Source: Alphaproteobacteria bacterium MarineAlpha5_Bin5 (lineage in GTDB: Bacteria; Pseudomonadota; Alphaproteobacteria; HIMB59; GCA-002718135). Taken from it: DNA of 64,000 bases. Below, one piece after another: positions 30,418 through 42,626 of the stretch. How positions within the stretch are numbered: position 1 is the first letter of the stretch; every line of letters begins with the position of its first letter. Made by a program: the position numbers and the translations under genes. The notes beneath the pieces were generated by a model. That model ran no database searches. It worked only from the letters and a program-made list of their open reading frames with translations, and had not been told where the DNA came from. Location of the stretch: the NCBI GenBank assembly GCA_002938205.1, contig PTKZ01000003.1:23667-87666 (forward strand), given 5' to 3'.

Positions 30418-30442
30418 AGTGGAACTTAAAGTTCCACTTTTA
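30418..30442. terminator. Bidirectional terminator-like hairpin between the NTF2-like gene and katG
   Basis: AGTGGAACTT-A-AAGTTCCACT is a near-perfect 10-bp inverted repeat. T-rich sequence follows on both strands. It lies between convergent stop codons. Confidence 0.55.
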
Positions 30443-30461
30443 AGTAATAAAAAAATTAGTT

Positions 30462-32612
<2,151 letters not shown>

Positions 32613-32706
32613 TTAGAACTAATATAAATATACAAAGAAAAAATAGAAAAGCAAAAAGAAATTAATGATAATTTTTGATCTAAATCAAGAACTTCTAATA
32701 AATTAA

Positions 32707-33114
32707 CTAAATCTCTAATTCAAATTTTATTGGTTTCCAGTTAGGTGGTGCCAATTCAAAATCTTCATATTCAAAAGCTGGCGCAACTGTGCACCCTATC
32801 AAACTATATTCACCAGTTGATTTCATTGCAAACCATGTTTTGGCCTTAATCGTATAATTAAAATTGTTTTTTTCTCCAATATTTATAGAATCAAAATTAT
32901 TTGCATCTGGAGAAATATAAATTGTCAGCGGATCTCCTTTATAAAAATGTAAATTTTCATTTTTTGTAAGACGGTGCCAATGTGATTTTTCATTTTTTTT
33001 AAGAAGATAATAAATTACACTTATATCTTTAGTCCTAAAGCATTCAACAAAATGCCCACCTTCTGGATGTGGCTCTAATTTAAGATTTTGAATAATAGTT
33101 TCTGCATCACTCAT
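32707..33114 (-). CDS. Cupin superfamily protein (DUF985-like)
   Basis: 135 aa. LEPHPEGGHFVECFR matches the DUF985 cupin signature. Confidence 0.7.
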   Translation of the reverse strand: MSDAETIIQNLKLEPHPEGGHFVECFRTKDISVIYYLLKKNEKSHWHRLTKNENLHFYKGDPLTIYISPDANNFDSINIGEKNNFNYTIKAKTWFAMKSTGEYSLIGCTVAPAFEYEDFELAPPNWKPIKFELEI

Positions 33115-33119
33115 TAATT

Positions 33120-33710
33120 TTATAATAAGTGACCAAGTTTTTTTATTTTCGTATCAATATATTTTTCGTTATATTTATTGGGATTAGATGAGAGAGGTAC
33201 TCTTTCATTTACAATAACACCCATTGCTTTTAGAGCATCAATTTTTTTTGGATTGTTAGTCATTAAGTCAACTTTTTTTATAGCAAGAAAGTTTATCATT
33301 CCTGAAACAGTTTCATAATCTCTTTCATCTTCTTTAAATCCTAGTTGATGATTTGCTTCTACTGTATCAAGTCCCTTATCTTGCAGATTGTAAGCTCGAA
33401 TTTTGTTAGACAAACCAATACCCCTTCCTTCTTGTTGAAGATAGAAAATTACGCCACGTCCCCTTTCAGCAATTTGTGTTAAAGATTCTGTTAATTGAAA
33501 TCTACAATCACAACGCATGCTAAAAAAAGATTCCCCTGTTATACATTGAGAGTGTATTCTACACAGAACGGGTTCGTTAGTTAGTAAATCACCCATACTT
33601 ATAGCTAAATGATCTTTTGATTTTATTTCATCTGTGAAGGCATGTACCTTAAACTCACCTAAGTCAGTAGGCAGGTCACTTGTTTCGACGAATTTTAGGT
33701 TTGATCTCAT
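33120..33710 (-). CDS. ribA: GTP cyclohydrolase II
   Basis: 196 aa with RIHSQCITGE..S.RCDC and QQEGRGIGL. Confidence 0.9.
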   Translation of the reverse strand: MRSNLKFVETSDLPTDLGEFKVHAFTDEIKSKDHLAISMGDLLTNEPVLCRIHSQCITGESFFSMRCDCRFQLTESLTQIAERGRGVIFYLQQEGRGIGLSNKIRAYNLQDKGLDTVEANHQLGFKEDERDYETVSGMINFLAIKKVDLMTNNPKKIDALKAMGVIVNERVPLSSNPNKYNEKYIDTKIKKLGHLL

Positions 33711-33756
33711 AAATAGAATAATTGCTTTATTCCTTTAGATCAATTTGTAAATGATT

Positions 33757-34230
33757 TTATAGTTTTGTGGGGTTGGTCGTATTACCGTATACTTTTTTAG
33801 GATCAAAAACCTTTTCTTTTTCCTCAAACTTTAAAAATAGCTTAGAATTTTTTTCTCTAAAAGGAACGCTTCTATAAAAACATGATCTATATCCAACATG
33901 ACAACTTGCTCCACCTATTACCTCTACCCTTAACCAAATACAATCTTGATCATCATCAATTCGAATTTCTTTAATTTTTTGAATTAAGCCACTTGTTTTA
34001 CCTTTATGCCATAATGATTTTCTGCTTCTTGAATAATAAACTGCCTCACCCAAATCAATGGTTTGTTTAAAAGCTTCTTCATTCATATAACCTTGCATTA
34101 ATACTTCGCCGGAGACAAAATCTGTTGTAACAACTGGTATTAGTCCTTTTTCATCAAACTTTGGTGCAAGTTCATTAGATTCTTCAACTTGCTGAATGCT
34201 TTTTCGTTTTTCAAATATAATGTCTTTCAT
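33757..34230 (-). CDS. hisI: Phosphoribosyl-AMP cyclohydrolase
   Basis: 157 aa with GLIPVVTTD...[26 protein letters not shown] and D.D.IWL.VE..G.SCH. Confidence 0.9.
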   Translation of the reverse strand: MKDIIFEKRKSIQQVEESNELAPKFDEKGLIPVVTTDFVSGEVLMQGYMNEEAFKQTIDLGEAVYYSRSRKSLWHKGKTSGLIQKIKEIRIDDDQDCIWLRVEVIGGASCHVGYRSCFYRSVPFREKNSKLFLKFEEKEKVFDPKKVYGNTTNPTKL

Positions 34231-36155
34231 TTTTTTTCAATAATTTCGTTTTTTATATCCTCTAAAATTTTATCTACTAGCACAGTTTTGGTATTATTAT
34301 TTCCTAATCTTCTTACAGAGACAGTTTTGTCTTTTTCTTCTTTTTTTCCTACTGCCAAAATAATTGGTATCTTGCTTGTACTGTGTTCACGAATTTTGTA
34401 ACCAATTTTTTCATTACGTAAGTCAATTTCCGCATTTATGCCTTTGCGTAAAAATTTATCTTTAACATTAATTGCATAATCATCACTATCCGAAGTTATT
34501 GTTGCAATTACAATTTGAGTGGGTGCAAGCCATAATGGTAGATGGCCAGCATAATGTTCAATTAAAATTCCAGCAAATCTCTCTAATGAACCAAACAATG
34601 CACGGTGCAACATTACAGGAGTTTTCTTTTGACCATCTTCTGCAACATAATTGGCTCCAAGTCTTTCAGGAAGATTAAGATCAACTTGCAAGGTTCCACA
34701 TTGCCATTCACGTCCAATTGCATCTCTTAGAATAAATTCTAATTTAGGTCCATAAAATGCCCCTTCCCCAGGATTAAAAGTATAATCAAGGCCCGTTGCC
34801 TCCATTGCATTCTTAAGAGCTTCTTCTGATTTATCCCAAATTGTGTCATTTCCTACACGTCTTTCAGGTCTATCTGAAAATTTTATTCTTACATCTGAAA
34901 AACCAAAATCTTTATAAATGCTAAGTATTAACTCACATACATTTTTACTTTCACTTGTTATTTGATCTTCTGTACAAAAAATATGAGCATCATCTTGAGT
35001 AAAAGCTCTAACTCGCATTAGTCCATGTAAAGCTCCTGATGGCTCATATCGGTGTACTTTACCAAATTCTGACATTCGTAAAGGTAAATCTCTATAACTT
35101 TTTAATCCTTGCTTATATACTTCAACAGCTCCTGGACAATTCATTGGTTTAATAGCAAATATTTTTTCTTCTTTTGGATCTGTCGTAAACATATTTTCTC
35201 TAAATTTTTCCCAATGACCTGAAGTTTCCCACAAAGATCTATCTAATAATTCCGGTGTGTTTGTTTCAAGATATCCTTCCTTATCTTGTCTTAATCGCAT
35301 GTAGTTTATAAGTGATTGAAACAAAGACCAACCTTTTGGGTGCCAAAAAACAGCACCCGGTGCTTCTTCTTGAAAGTGAAACAAATTCATTTCTTTTCCA
35401 AGTTTTCTGTGATCTCTTTTTTCTGCTTCCTCAATTTGCTTTAAATGACTTTCCAACTCTTTTTCATTTCTCCAAGCTGTTCCATATATGCGAGTGAGCA
35501 TTGCATTATTCGAGTCACCACGCCAATAGGCACCCGCAACTTTCATTAATTTAAATCCTTTACCAATTTGTTTTGTGTTTGTCATGTGAGGCCCACGACA
35601 AAGATCCAACCATTTACCCTGTTTATAAATTGAGATTTCTTCTTCAGGATTTAAATCTTTAATTAATTCAACTTTATACTCTTCACCTTTGTTTTTAAAA
35701 TATTTTATTGCATCGCTGCGAGACCAAACTTCCCTTGTAAATTTTTCACCATTATTAATAATTTCATGCATTTTTTTTTCTATTTTAGGTAAGTCTGAAA
35801 CAGTAAAGGGGTCTTTGCGTGCAAAGTCGTAATAGAAACCATTTTCAATAGAAGGCCCTATCGTAACCTGTGTGCCTGGAAAAAGTGATTGAACAGCCTC
35901 AGCCATTACGTGTGCGCAATCGTGCCTGATAATATGTAAAGCTTCTTCATCACTTTTTTTAATTATTTGAATTTTAGAATCATTTTCAATTTTTCTCGTA
36001 AGATCGAAGACTTCACCATTTATTTTTATAGCAATAGATTCCTTTGCTAGAGATTTTGAAATTCCTTCAGCAATCTCAAAACCATTAATCCCACTTTTAC
36101 AAGTTTTTGAGTTTCCATCAGGAAATGTAATAGTAATTTTATCACTCATATACAA
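34227..36155 (-). CDS. thrS: Threonine--tRNA ligase
   Basis: 642 aa with a TGS domain, an editing-domain HxxxH motif (HDCAHVM) and class II core motifs. The start may instead be the ATG two codons downstream. Confidence 0.97.
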   Translation of the reverse strand: MYMSDKITITFPDGNSKTCKSGINGFEIAEGISKSLAKESIAIKINGEVFDLTRKIENDSKIQIIKKSDEEALHIIRHDCAHVMAEAVQSLFPGTQVTIGPSIENGFYYDFARKDPFTVSDLPKIEKKMHEIINNGEKFTREVWSRSDAIKYFKNKGEEYKVELIKDLNPEEEISIYKQGKWLDLCRGPHMTNTKQIGKGFKLMKVAGAYWRGDSNNAMLTRIYGTAWRNEKELESHLKQIEEAEKRDHRKLGKEMNLFHFQEEAPGAVFWHPKGWSLFQSLINYMRLRQDKEGYLETNTPELLDRSLWETSGHWEKFRENMFTTDPKEEKIFAIKPMNCPGAVEVYKQGLKSYRDLPLRMSEFGKVHRYEPSGALHGLMRVRAFTQDDAHIFCTEDQITSESKNVCELILSIYKDFGFSDVRIKFSDRPERRVGNDTIWDKSEEALKNAMEATGLDYTFNPGEGAFYGPKLEFILRDAIGREWQCGTLQVDLNLPERLGANYVAEDGQKKTPVMLHRALFGSLERFAGILIEHYAGHLPLWLAPTQIVIATITSDSDDYAINVKDKFLRKGINAEIDLRNEKIGYKIREHSTSKIPIILAVGKKEEKDKTVSVRRLGNNNTKTVLVDKILEDIKNEIIEKK

Positions 36156-36158
36156 ACA

Positions 36159-37550
36159 TTAGATACTTTTCCAAACCGTCCCCTTTTTTGTATCTTCAAT
36201 TTCTATTCCTTTTTCTTTTAGTTCATCACGAATTTGATCAGCTACATCAAAATTTTTATTGCCTCTAGCTTCATTGCGTTCTTTTATCAACCTTTCTATA
36301 GCAGTTTCATCAAGATTTGCTGATTTTCCATAACCAAACCACTTATCAGGATTGTTTTGAAGAATGCCAATTATTTTACCTACTTCCAATAAATTATATT
36401 TGATTTTGGCCTTCATTTTTTTATCAGCACTACCAATTTGATTGCTTAATACATTTAATTCAGCAATTACTTTGGGGGTATTTAGATCATCGTACAAACC
36501 TTCGATAACATTATCGTCTATTTGATTATTATCTTTATAAGCTTCAATATTTTCTAGCTCTTTTAAGTTACGATAAAAACGATCTAACATTGTACTATTC
36601 TGTTTTATAATATTTCTGGTCCAGTTTAACGGCTGTCTGTAATGGGCGGATACAAGTGTTAATCTTAATACTTCTCCTTTAAATTCTTTAATTAATTCGT
36701 TAACGAGACTAATATTACCGAGTGATTTTGACATTTTTTCTCCTTCTACATTCACAAATCCATTGTGAAACCAGTATTTTGCAAAAGATTTTAAGTCATT
36801 GATATTATTATGAGCCGCACATGTCTGTGCAATTTCATTTTCATGATGAGGAAAAATCAAATCAGCACCACCGCTATGTATATCAAAAGGAAGTCCTAAT
36901 GTTTTTTCAGACATTGCAGAACACTCTAAATGCCAGCCAGGTCTTCCAAATCCCCATGGAGATTCCCAACCAGGTTTTGGAGAAGAGCTAGGTTTCCATA
37001 AAACAAAATCGGTAGGATCTTTTTTGTAAGGAGCGATTTCAACTCTACTTCCCATAATTTGTTCATCTCTATTACGTCTAGATAAAGAACCGTAATCTTT
37101 AAATGCGGGCACATGAAACAAAACATGCCCCTCCTTTTCATATGCAAAATTATTTTGTATTAATAATTTTGTTAATTCGATCATTTCATTAATATGTTCC
37201 GTGGCCCTTGGCTGTATGTCAGGTAGCTTAACTCCCAGTACAGACATGTCTTCATTATAAATTGTTGTAAACTTTGTTGTTAATTCTTTAATTGGAACAT
37301 TAGTCTCTTCTGATGCTGCAATTATCTTATCATCAATATCTGTTATATTAGAAACATATGTTACTTTTGGATAAATTGTTCTAAGAAACTGAACTAATAA
37401 GTCGTTAACAACTGCCATACGTGCATTGCCAACATGTGCATAGTTATAAACTGTTGGACCACAAGCATATATTCTTACATTATCTTTATCAATGGGAATA
37501 AATTCTTCCAATTTATTCCCAAGAGTATTGTGAAGCTTTAATTTGTTCAT
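36159..37550 (-). CDS. cysS: Cysteine--tRNA ligase
   Basis: 463 aa with the HIGH-type motif HVGNAR and KMSKS. Confidence 0.97.
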   Translation of the reverse strand: MNKLKLHNTLGNKLEEFIPIDKDNVRIYACGPTVYNYAHVGNARMAVVNDLLVQFLRTIYPKVTYVSNITDIDDKIIAASEETNVPIKELTTKFTTIYNEDMSVLGVKLPDIQPRATEHINEMIELTKLLIQNNFAYEKEGHVLFHVPAFKDYGSLSRRNRDEQIMGSRVEIAPYKKDPTDFVLWKPSSSPKPGWESPWGFGRPGWHLECSAMSEKTLGLPFDIHSGGADLIFPHHENEIAQTCAAHNNINDLKSFAKYWFHNGFVNVEGEKMSKSLGNISLVNELIKEFKGEVLRLTLVSAHYRQPLNWTRNIIKQNSTMLDRFYRNLKELENIEAYKDNNQIDDNVIEGLYDDLNTPKVIAELNVLSNQIGSADKKMKAKIKYNLLEVGKIIGILQNNPDKWFGYGKSANLDETAIERLIKERNEARGNKNFDVADQIRDELKEKGIEIEDTKKGTVWKSI

Positions 37551-37600
37551 AATTAATATTTTACCTTATATTATACTGGTGGATGTTTTGAATTTTAAAA

Positions 37601-38047
37601 TTAAAAAAAAGGATTATATGACCATTGAAGTAAGGCTTGCCTTTGCTTTCTCCTACAACTGAAAAATCTTTTAGGGCAATTTTTTTTAATACCTCCTATG
37701 TGTCTAGGCCCAAAAGCTTTCCATCTAGAAATTTGAATTTTATCAATCTCTGGAATTCTTCTCCCATTTGTAAAGCGACAGTACCATTGAAACCACCCGC
37801 GAGGATCTTCTTTCATAATCCAACCCTTTTTTTTCCATTCTTTCAAACTAAGGCCAGATTTGATTTGAAAATAATTTAGTTGAACATTAAATTCTTTACT
37901 TAATTTAGCTTTAGCAAACCAAGATTTTGGATACTCACTAACACTATCTCCTAAATACGATCCTCCAAATACTCCATACTCAAGCATTTTTTTTGGTGTT
38001 AACTCTGGCTTAAAGTCTTTGTAAAAATCCAAAGAAATTGACATCAT
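37601..38047 (-). CDS. Conserved hypothetical Trp-rich protein
   Basis: 148 aa with no signal peptide. The block DPRGWFQWYCRFTNGRRIPEIDKIQISRWKAFGPRH looks like a conserved family that I cannot name. Confidence 0.4.
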   Translation of the reverse strand: MMSISLDFYKDFKPELTPKKMLEYGVFGGSYLGDSVSEYPKSWFAKAKLSKEFNVQLNYFQIKSGLSLKEWKKKGWIMKEDPRGWFQWYCRFTNGRRIPEIDKIQISRWKAFGPRHIGGIKKNCPKRFFSCRRKQRQALLQWSYNPFF

Positions 38048-38057
38048 TTATGTTATT

Positions 38058-38480
38058 TTAATAGTTTAATTCTATAAATACAGGCTCGCCATGAACAAGG
38101 TTTATTGCAGCTTTGGAAAATTTTGGTGGCCCTTTAGGCTGATAATTATTGCTAAAAGCAAAACCTTCTTTTGGGCGCCAAAAGAATCCAGTTTTTAATT
38201 TTCCATCACCGTCTTCATCATGATATACTACTATAGCTATTTGGCCTTCATGAATTTTTGATAGAGGAACTACCAATTCCCCCTTTTTTACTTTTTTTCT
38301 AACAACCTCAACAGCTTTACCCTCCTCCAGAAAGGTATCTTTAGAGTCATATATTTTGACATCAATGTACCCTTTATCGTGTTCAACATTTGTAATTATT
38401 ACAGTTCCGTGTGATAAAACAACGCTAGAGAAAAATAATACAAGCAAAAAAACAATTTTTTGAATAAAAGTATTTTTCAT
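38058..38480 (-). CDS. DUF2141-like secreted protein
   Basis: 140 aa with a signal peptide. The pattern IAIVVYHDEDGDGKLKTGFFWRPKEGFAFSNN is typical of DUF2141. Confidence 0.65.
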   Translation of the reverse strand: MKNTFIQKIVFLLVLFFSSVVLSHGTVIITNVEHDKGYIDVKIYDSKDTFLEEGKAVEVVRKKVKKGELVVPLSKIHEGQIAIVVYHDEDGDGKLKTGFFWRPKEGFAFSNNYQPKGPPKFSKAAINLVHGEPVFIELNY

Positions 38481-38508
38481 ATATTTTACCTAATTATAAT
38501 AGATTTTA

Positions 38509-39720
38509 GTGTTGAACAACAAAGAATACCTTAATAAGATTTTTCAATCTAATAAACCACTAATAATTTATAAAACTATTGGCGGATATGATGTTTATAC
38601 CGATTTCAAAGATAAGATCATACTAAATTCAAAAAATTTTAAGAATTTTTTAAATAAAACAAGTACTAAGTTAAAATCACCTATTAAAGAATTGAATTGC
38701 CATATAGGTTTTTTTGGCTTTCAACTTTTGTGTGAAAATATTAAAGTTAAATTACCCAAACAAAAAAACTCAAATTTTTATCCTGGTCTAGCGTATCAGC
38801 CTCAGACCATTATACAAATACGAAAAAATATCATTATTAAAAGTTTATTAAAAAATTATAGAAAGCTGCAAACTGTCAATAAAAAAGTTAAATATTATTA
38901 TCAAAATAAATTTAATTTAAATTTGAATGAAAAACAATACACTAAACTGTTTAGAGAATTTTCAGAGAAGATTAAACTAGGTGAAACTTATCAAATTAAA
39001 ATATCACAAACCTATAAAAATAAATCTAATTTAAATTCAGTAGAATTTTTTTGGAAATTGATGGATATTAATGAATCTCCAGAAAGTTTTTTAATCAGAG
39101 ATATTGACTACAGTATAATAAGTTGTTCTCCGGAGACATTAATACAAAAAAAGAAAAACACTATTATAACAAAACCAATCGCCGGGACGTTAAATAGAAC
39201 AAAAAATATGACTAAACAATATGCTTATAATTTTTTCAAAAAAAACAAAAAAGAGAGCAAGGAACACAACATGATTGTAGATATGGAAAGAAATGATTTA
39301 TCACGCATATGTGAGACAGGAACTGTTAAAATAAATAAATTAAAAATTGTAGAGGCATATAGAGATCTGTATCATTATGTAACTGAGATAAAGGGAACAG
39401 TAAAAAAAAATGTAAACAATCATGATATTATTTCTGCAATGATGCCTGGTGGGTCAGTTATTGGATGTCCAAAAATTAATACATTAAAATTGCTCAATAG
39501 TCGTGAAAAAATAAATAGAAACATCTATACGGGAAGCTTTGGATATATTAATGCAAATGGAAATATGCGATTTAATGTAATTATACGATCCATTCTAAAC
39601 CATAGAAATGTTGCAGAGATTTCAGCTGCAAGCGGTGTAGTAATTGATAGTAATCCAAAGGACGAATATAAAGAAAATTATATCAAAGCTAAATCACTTC
39701 TCGATTTATTTAAATCATGA
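38509..39720 (+). CDS. pabB: Aminodeoxychorismate synthase component I (chorismate-binding enzyme)
   Basis: 403 aa with a GTG start. It has the chorismate-utilising C-terminal motifs PGGSVIGCPK and YTGSFGY. Its context with pabA, pabC and folP supports PabB over TrpE. Confidence 0.75.
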   Translation: MLNNKEYLNKIFQSNKPLIIYKTIGGYDVYTDFKDKIILNSKNFKNFLNKTSTKLKSPIKELNCHIGFFGFQLLCENIKVKLPKQKNSNFYPGLAYQPQTIIQIRKNIIIKSLLKNYRKLQTVNKKVKYYYQNKFNLNLNEKQYTKLFREFSEKIKLGETYQIKISQTYKNKSNLNSVEFFWKLMDINESPESFLIRDIDYSIISCSPETLIQKKKNTIITKPIAGTLNRTKNMTKQYAYNFFKKNKKESKEHNMIVDMERNDLSRICETGTVKINKLKIVEAYRDLYHYVTEIKGTVKKNVNNHDIISAMMPGGSVIGCPKINTLKLLNSREKINRNIYTGSFGYINANGNMRFNVIIRSILNHRNVAEISAASGVVIDSNPKDEYKENYIKAKSLLDLFKS

Positions 39721-40274
39721 TTTACGTAATTGATCACGAAGATTCGTTTACTTATAATCTCGTTCATCTTCTTGAAAATTTTTTACCAACCTATGTATCA
39801 AACTACTATGATATAGATCAAAACAAATTAGAAAAATCCAAAATTATTGTTTTTGCTCCAGGACCCGGCGACCCATCTCACTATCCAGAAACGCAGAAAA
39901 TTTATAAAAAATATAAAGGAATGAAGAAAATCATTGGTATTTGCCTTGGTTTTCAACAAATATTATATGGAGAAAATGGAAAGATTGTCCCACAAAAAAA
40001 AATATACCATGGTTATCAGTCAAAAATTAGAGTCTTAGATTCAAGTAATTTATTTAGCTCTAATAAGGTTTTTGTAGCTGGTCGGTATCACTCACTTAAA
40101 CTTAAAGAACCATATAGCTCTTCATCGCTAAAAATAACAATGAGATGCCTTGAAACTAATGTTGCTATGGCAGTAGAAGACACTATTAATAATGTATATG
40201 GATTTCAATTTCATCCTGATTCCTTTTTAACCATTGATGGCAAATTTCTTATTCAAAAAATCATACGAGCTTAA
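39717..40274 (+). CDS. pabA: Aminodeoxychorismate synthase glutamine amidotransferase subunit
   Basis: 185 aa with GICLGFQ and GFQFHPDS. It overlaps pabB by 4 nt. Confidence 0.75.
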   Translation: MIYVIDHEDSFTYNLVHLLENFLPTYVSNYYDIDQNKLEKSKIIVFAPGPGDPSHYPETQKIYKKYKGMKKIIGICLGFQQILYGENGKIVPQKKIYHGYQSKIRVLDSSNLFSSNKVFVAGRYHSLKLKEPYSSSSLKITMRCLETNVAMAVEDTINNVYGFQFHPDSFLTIDGKFLIQKIIRA

Positions 40275-40989
40275 TCACTTTACAAAAGTTCACTATAATC
40301 ATTTGTGGGGATCGAGGGGGGTTTTTACTACCATTCGTGTGTATGGGGCAACACCTAAGTTTATTTTATTAAAAGAGCATTTATGTCAATTGAATACAGG
40401 CTTGATTAAAATGAAAATAAATTTTTCTTTAACACGAAAAAAATTATTAGAACTAATTCCAAAAAATTTAAAAATAAAAAACTATAATCATCTTCTAAGA
40501 ATTGCAATAAAGAAAAATATTATATCTATATCGCTTCGACCTAGATTAAAGTTAACAAATAATTTCAATTGCAAACTTGTTAATTATCAGCGAACAAATC
40601 CAAAAATTAAAAATTTACAATATAAAAAAATATTATCAATGCAAAAAGGTATTGATATGCAAAAAATGGAATTACTATTTTTTAATAAAAAAAAATTACT
40701 AGAAGGATCAACAACAAACATAATTATGATTAAAGATAATAATATTATTCTACCAAAAGGTAATTATTATAAAGGAATTACACTTAATTATTTGTTATCA
40801 AAAATTCACACCAAATACATTTTTAAGCCTATCAGTATATTTGAATTATCAGATGCAGATGAAATAATTTTAGTTGGTTCTGGTAAGGGAGTTATAAAAG
40901 TAACATCTATTCCTCAAATAAAATGGTATAGCTCTAGCTCAAAAATGTTTAAAAGACTTTCAGCAATATATAAAAATCAATTAATATAA
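40234..40989 (+). CDS. pabC: Aminodeoxychorismate lyase-like class IV aminotransferase-fold protein
   Basis: 251 aa. It has LLEGSTTNIIMIKDNNIILP (fold type IV pattern) and sits between pabA and folP. The protein is very divergent and its start is uncertain. Confidence 0.55.
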   Translation: MMANFLFKKSYELNHFTKVHYNHLWGSRGVFTTIRVYGATPKFILLKEHLCQLNTGLIKMKINFSLTRKKLLELIPKNLKIKNYNHLLRIAIKKNIISISLRPRLKLTNNFNCKLVNYQRTNPKIKNLQYKKILSMQKGIDMQKMELLFFNKKKLLEGSTTNIIMIKDNNIILPKGNYYKGITLNYLLSKIHTKYIFKPISIFELSDADEIILVGSGKGVIKVTSIPQIKWYSSSSKMFKRLSAIYKNQLI

Positions 40990-41807
40990 TGATATTTAAT
41001 AAAAATAATTTTTCAATTTCATCCCCGTCCATAATGGGAATATGTAATGTTACAAAAAACTCATTCAGTGATGGTGGAAAAAATTATAAAACTACTAATG
41101 CTTTAAAATCTATAAAACAAATGCATAAAGATGGAGCCCAAATTATTGATATTGGAGCTGAAAGTGCTAGGCCAGGAAGCGATCCAATAAGCTATCAAGA
41201 AGAAATAAAAAAACTCATGCCTATTTTAAAACAATTGCCAAAGGATCAATTCTTAATATCGATAGATAGTTCAAAGATAGAAACACAAGAATTTGCACTA
41301 AAATATGGCGCTCATATTATTAATGATATTTTTGGAGGATCTAATGATTTGTTTGATCTGACAAAAAAATACAAAAATGGACTAATCTTAATGCATACTC
41401 CAGCACCTCCAAAAATTATGCAATCAAAAGTTAATATGTATAAAAATGTTGTTAACGATATAAAAAAAATTTTTCTATCAAAGCTTAAACAAATTGATGG
41501 ATATAAAATACCTCATTCAAAAATATGGTTTGATCCAGGAATAGGCTTTGGCAAAAATCTTAGACAAAACATTGAAATATTACAAAATATACACCGATTT
41601 AAAATTAAAAATTGTGGTGTTTTACTTGGCGCATCTCGTAAAAGCTGGATCAATGGTATTGATAAAAGTAGCGTTGATCAACGTCTTGGTGGATCTATAG
41701 CATCTGCGCTTTATTGCTATAAAAAAGGAGTTAATATATTTAGAGTTCATGATGTTAAAGAAACATCCCAAGCATTGAAAGTGTATAAAAGCTTATGTTT
41801 AATGTAG
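40989..41807 (+). CDS. folP: Dihydropteroate synthase
   Basis: 272 aa with IMGICNVTKNSFSDGG, DIGAESARPG and DPGIGFGK. Confidence 0.92.
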   Translation: MIFNKNNFSISSPSIMGICNVTKNSFSDGGKNYKTTNALKSIKQMHKDGAQIIDIGAESARPGSDPISYQEEIKKLMPILKQLPKDQFLISIDSSKIETQEFALKYGAHIINDIFGGSNDLFDLTKKYKNGLILMHTPAPPKIMQSKVNMYKNVVNDIKKIFLSKLKQIDGYKIPHSKIWFDPGIGFGKNLRQNIEILQNIHRFKIKNCGVLLGASRKSWINGIDKSSVDQRLGGSIASALYCYKKGVNIFRVHDVKETSQALKVYKSLCLM

Positions 41808-42139
41808 AAATTAAAAATCTAAAAGTATTTGCTAATCTTGGAATAACTGCAGAAGAGCGAAAAAAAAAGCAATTATTGAAAGTAACTCTTAGTTTTAGTT
41901 ATAATGTTCCAAAGGGTAAAAATTTAGAAAAGATGTTTAACTTAAAAGATTATTCTAAAATCACTAAATCATTAAAAAAATTTATCAATGAATCAAAATA
42001 CAATACGCTGGAAAAACTAATAATTGCATCATCGTTAATGTTAGAAAAAAAATTTAAAATTAAAAAAACAAAAATACTAATAAATAAATCAGCTGTTGCC
42101 AAACGTTATGGCGCAGACACAGTAAGTGTATCCAATTAA
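41795..42139 (+). CDS. folB: Dihydroneopterin aldolase
   Basis: 114 aa. The call rests on the pattern ...VFANLGITAEERKKKQ.L.V.L..., the size and the folP-folB-folK context. Confidence 0.7.
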   Translation: MFNVEIKNLKVFANLGITAEERKKKQLLKVTLSFSYNVPKGKNLEKMFNLKDYSKITKSLKKFINESKYNTLEKLIIASSLMLEKKFKIKKTKILINKSAVAKRYGADTVSVSN

Positions 42140-42626
42140 TTATTATATAGCTTTAGGAACCAACATTGGTAATTATAAAAATAATTTTTCTAGAGCTGTT
42201 TTTGAATTAAAAAAAATTGGAATAATTGTAAAGCAGGCTAACATTTATCAATCAAAGCCATATGGTTTTTTAAAACAAAACTATTTTTACAATAGTATGG
42301 TTCAAGTTAGATCATTGATATTGCCAATGCGCTTTATGAAAGAATTACAATTAATAGAAAAAAAATTACAAAAAAATAAAAAAATTAAAAACGGCCCAAG
42401 AAAAATAGATTTAGATATTATTTTTTGTGATCAAAAAATAATTAATAAAAAAAATCTATGCATTCCTCATCCCGGAGTATCAAAAAGAGATTTTGTTTTA
42501 TTGCCATTAAAAGATATTGCTCCTTTTTTTAGGCATCCGGCAAATAAAAAAACAATTAAGCATCAGCTATCTGATTTGAAAGAGTATTATGTAATTAAAA
42601 AATTAAGCTACTGCAATTTCGTTTAA
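42126..42626 (+). CDS. folK: 2-amino-4-hydroxy-6-hydroxymethyldihydropteridine pyrophosphokinase
   Basis: 166 aa with a GTG start. It has YIALGTNIG, GPRKIDLDIIF, IPHP and R.FVL.PL. Confidence 0.85.
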   Translation: MYPINYYIALGTNIGNYKNNFSRAVFELKKIGIIVKQANIYQSKPYGFLKQNYFYNSMVQVRSLILPMRFMKELQLIEKKLQKNKKIKNGPRKIDLDIIFCDQKIINKKNLCIPHPGVSKRDFVLLPLKDIAPFFRHPANKKTIKHQLSDLKEYYVIKKLSYCNFV

